Shown: positions 48,146 through 49,867 of the stretch, one piece after another
Numbering within the stretch: position 1 is the stretch's first letter
Layout: each line of letters opens with the position of its first letter
Source of the DNA: a virus
Taxonomy: Duplodnaviria; Caudoviricetes
Strand: one strand, 5' to 3'
Length of the DNA stretch: 49,867 bases
Virus record (IMG/VR): IMGVR_UViG_3300012953_006946
Location: 1 to 49,867 of that record
Translations under genes and position numbers: made by a program
Notes under the pieces: model-generated
The model's database searches: none
Told to the model about the DNA's origin: nothing
What the model saw: only the letters and a program-made list of their open reading frames with translations

Positions 48146-49211
48146 AAAATTGACAATTAATTCTTACAGAAAAAATTATAACCTTCATATTTTTTCAAAA
48201 AAAGATAGTCAAAAATTAGAAGACATTATTTTTAAGGCTTCTAATAAATCTTTTTTAGTAATTGATGAAAATGTCAATAGACTGTATCCACATATTCAAA
48301 ATTACTGGGACAATGATAAGATATTTGTAATAAGGGCATGCGAAGAGAACAAGACTCTAGAAAAATGTAGTGATCTAATTGACAAACTAATAAAAAAAGG
48401 TTTTAAAAAAGATCATCGCTTAGTTGCTGTCGGCGGTGGAGTTATTCAGGACATTGTCGCTTTCTCTTCTTCAATTCTATACAGAGGTGTTGACTGGATA
48501 TTCTTTCCAACAACGCTACTAGCTCAGTCTGACAGCTGCATAGGAAGCAAGACATCTATTAATTTTTCTTCAACAAAAAACTTGCTAGGTACATTTTTTC
48601 CTCCTTCTGAAATATACTGTTTTTCTAATTTTTTGGATACTCTATCTATAGAAGATATTAAAAGCGGGATTGGAGAAATACTTCACTATTACTTTGTTGA
48701 TAGAAATAAAAATATTGATCTATTGAATAGGCAGTATAATAAACTTCTAAGTGATAGAAGCCTTTTATCCAATCATATTTTGGAGAGTCTTCTTATTAAG
48801 AAAAAAATGGTGGAAATTGACGAGTTTGATGATAACAAAAGAAGAGTCTTCAATTATGGCCACACATTCGGGCATGCGCTAGAAGTAATAAGTGAATTCA
48901 AAGTCTTGCACGGTCTAGCTGTTACAAGAGGAATGGATATAGCCAACTATGTAGCCTTTAGATTAGGAATGATAAGAGAGTCTAATTACAGAAGCATGAA
49001 AGAAAGCTTGAAAAAAAACATTCCTGACTATAAAATGAAGCCTGAAAATATAGAAAATTACATGTCTTTGCTTAGAAAAGACAAAAAAAGCACCTCTACC
49101 TCTATAAGATGCGTACTTCCTAGTTCAACCGGATTTATGAAACTAGTTTCCATAGAAAATTCTAATGATTTGTCTGAAATTATTAAAGACTATCTAGATA
49201 AAGAGTGGTAA
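48138..49211 (+). CDS. 3-dehydroquinate synthase-like sugar phosphate cyclase
   Basis: GGGVIQD, YRG, PTTLLAQ.D, G.K...N, KN.LG.F, FNYGHTFGHALE, HG.AV. GTG at 48138 follows GGAGG. Confidence 0.88.
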   Translation: MSKKLTINSYRKNYNLHIFSKKDSQKLEDIIFKASNKSFLVIDENVNRLYPHIQNYWDNDKIFVIRACEENKTLEKCSDLIDKLIKKGFKKDHRLVAVGGGVIQDIVAFSSSILYRGVDWIFFPTTLLAQSDSCIGSKTSINFSSTKNLLGTFFPPSEIYCFSNFLDTLSIEDIKSGIGEILHYYFVDRNKNIDLLNRQYNKLLSDRSLLSNHILESLLIKKKMVEIDEFDDNKRRVFNYGHTFGHALEVISEFKVLHGLAVTRGMDIANYVAFRLGMIRESNYRSMKESLKKNIPDYKMKPENIENYMSLLRKDKKSTSTSIRCVLPSSTGFMKLVSIENSNDLSEIIKDYLDKEW

Positions 49212-49220
49212 TAGACAAAG

Positions 49221-49670
49221 ATGATTTTAATAGCACATCGAGGAAACTATATGGGTGCTGACCCAAAAAGAGAAAATCATCCCGACCATGTTCTAGAAGC
49301 ACTGGATAATGGGTACCATGCAGAGATAGATGTATGGTTTATAGATGAAAAGTTTTATCTAGGACATGATCGTCCACAATATGAAGTTGATATCAGCTTT
49401 TTAAAAGATGCAAGACTTTGGTGCCATGCCAAAAATATTGAAGCATTAGAAAAAATGTCTGACGACAATTCAATTCACTGTTTTTGGCATCAAGATGATG
49501 ATGTAACTCTAACGTCCCTAGGTTATCTTTGGACATATCCAGGATGTAAGATAACATCCAGATCAATATGCGTAATGCCTGAAAGTGAACTAGCAAATTA
49601 CAACAAAGATGAAATTAATATTGCTGCAGGAGTCTGTAGTGATTTATTAATTGATCTATTATCAGTATAA
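49221..49670 (+). CDS. Short GDPD/PLC-like phosphodiesterase-fold protein
   Basis: IAHRG, EN, EIDV, LGHD, HAKN, GVCSD. Confidence 0.75.
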   Translation: MILIAHRGNYMGADPKRENHPDHVLEALDNGYHAEIDVWFIDEKFYLGHDRPQYEVDISFLKDARLWCHAKNIEALEKMSDDNSIHCFWHQDDDVTLTSLGYLWTYPGCKITSRSICVMPESELANYNKDEINIAAGVCSDLLIDLLSV

Positions 49671-49696
49671 TTGTACTTAGAGAAACAGGAGACGTA

Positions 49697-49867
49697 ATGA
49701 TATATTGTCTAGGAAACAGCCACGCTGCCATGTTTTCAGGAGCGCCTCCCTGCGCCGACTTGGTTCCAAAAGCCAACCAGTTTAAAAACGGCGTTGGCGA
49801 CGCATGTAATCCTAACCCGCAGTACCCGGAATTAAGAACTGTGTACTTAGGAGGTGTATTGTCCTAC
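49697..49867 (+). CDS. Partial ORF (3'-truncated), possible SGNH-like protein
   Basis: AGGAG RBS. MIYCLGNSHA resembles SGNH block I (G-D-S-H). Open to the window end. Confidence 0.5.
   Translation, partial: MIYCLGNSHAAMFSGAPPCADLVPKANQFKNGVGDACNPNPQYPELRTVYLGGVLSY

Noticed and set aside
48138-49211. Housekeeping aroB of the shikimate pathway
   Set aside because: It is embedded in a glycan operon with altered active-site-region residues and no other aro genes, so the symbol was withheld.
157-49596. Numerous short nested ORFs from the six-frame track
   Set aside because: They overlap well-supported + strand genes and lack RBS or motifs, so they were treated as shadow ORFs.
1-49867. Alternative genetic code (stop-codon recoding)
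   Set aside because: Genes are full length under code 11, and TAA, TAG and TGA all end genes at sensible boundaries.

Overview
This window looks like part of a large (jumbo-type) tailed bacteriophage genome. It uses the standard genetic code, genes are densely packed and often translationally coupled, and all but one lie on the + strand. There are four blocks. (1) 1-8.2 kb is an accessory block of unrelated enzymes (ParB-like, GNAT-like, Cys-protease/phosphatidylserine decarboxylase fusion, CapA phosphoesterase, Nudix, plus IscA and lysine 2,3-aminomutase). Many of them share a short M-x-[LI]-L-[RK]-E-[YF]-[IV]-x-x-[LIV]-L-x-E leader, a candidate capsid-targeting/prohead-protease signal. (2) 10.3-21 kb is a host-physiology block: YeaH/YhbH-SpoVR-PrkA, a degenerate GroEL-like protein, an Hc1-like protein, an intact tmRNA (tag ANDNVEYDYALAA), a tubulin/FtsZ-family GTPase, a stand-alone sigma-70 region 4 protein and PIN-PhoH. 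(3) Three mosaic tail-fibre-like proteins built from shared VSG...GGD..VSG modules (8.2-10.2 and 21.7-28.7 kb), plus other probable virion proteins. (4) 30.5 kb to the end is an operon of more than 19 kb for glycan synthesis and modification, including a sugar-phosphate-cyclase/aminotransferase/SIS/SDR/cytidylyltransferase sub-module. All product calls come from motif recognition by eye; no database search was run.
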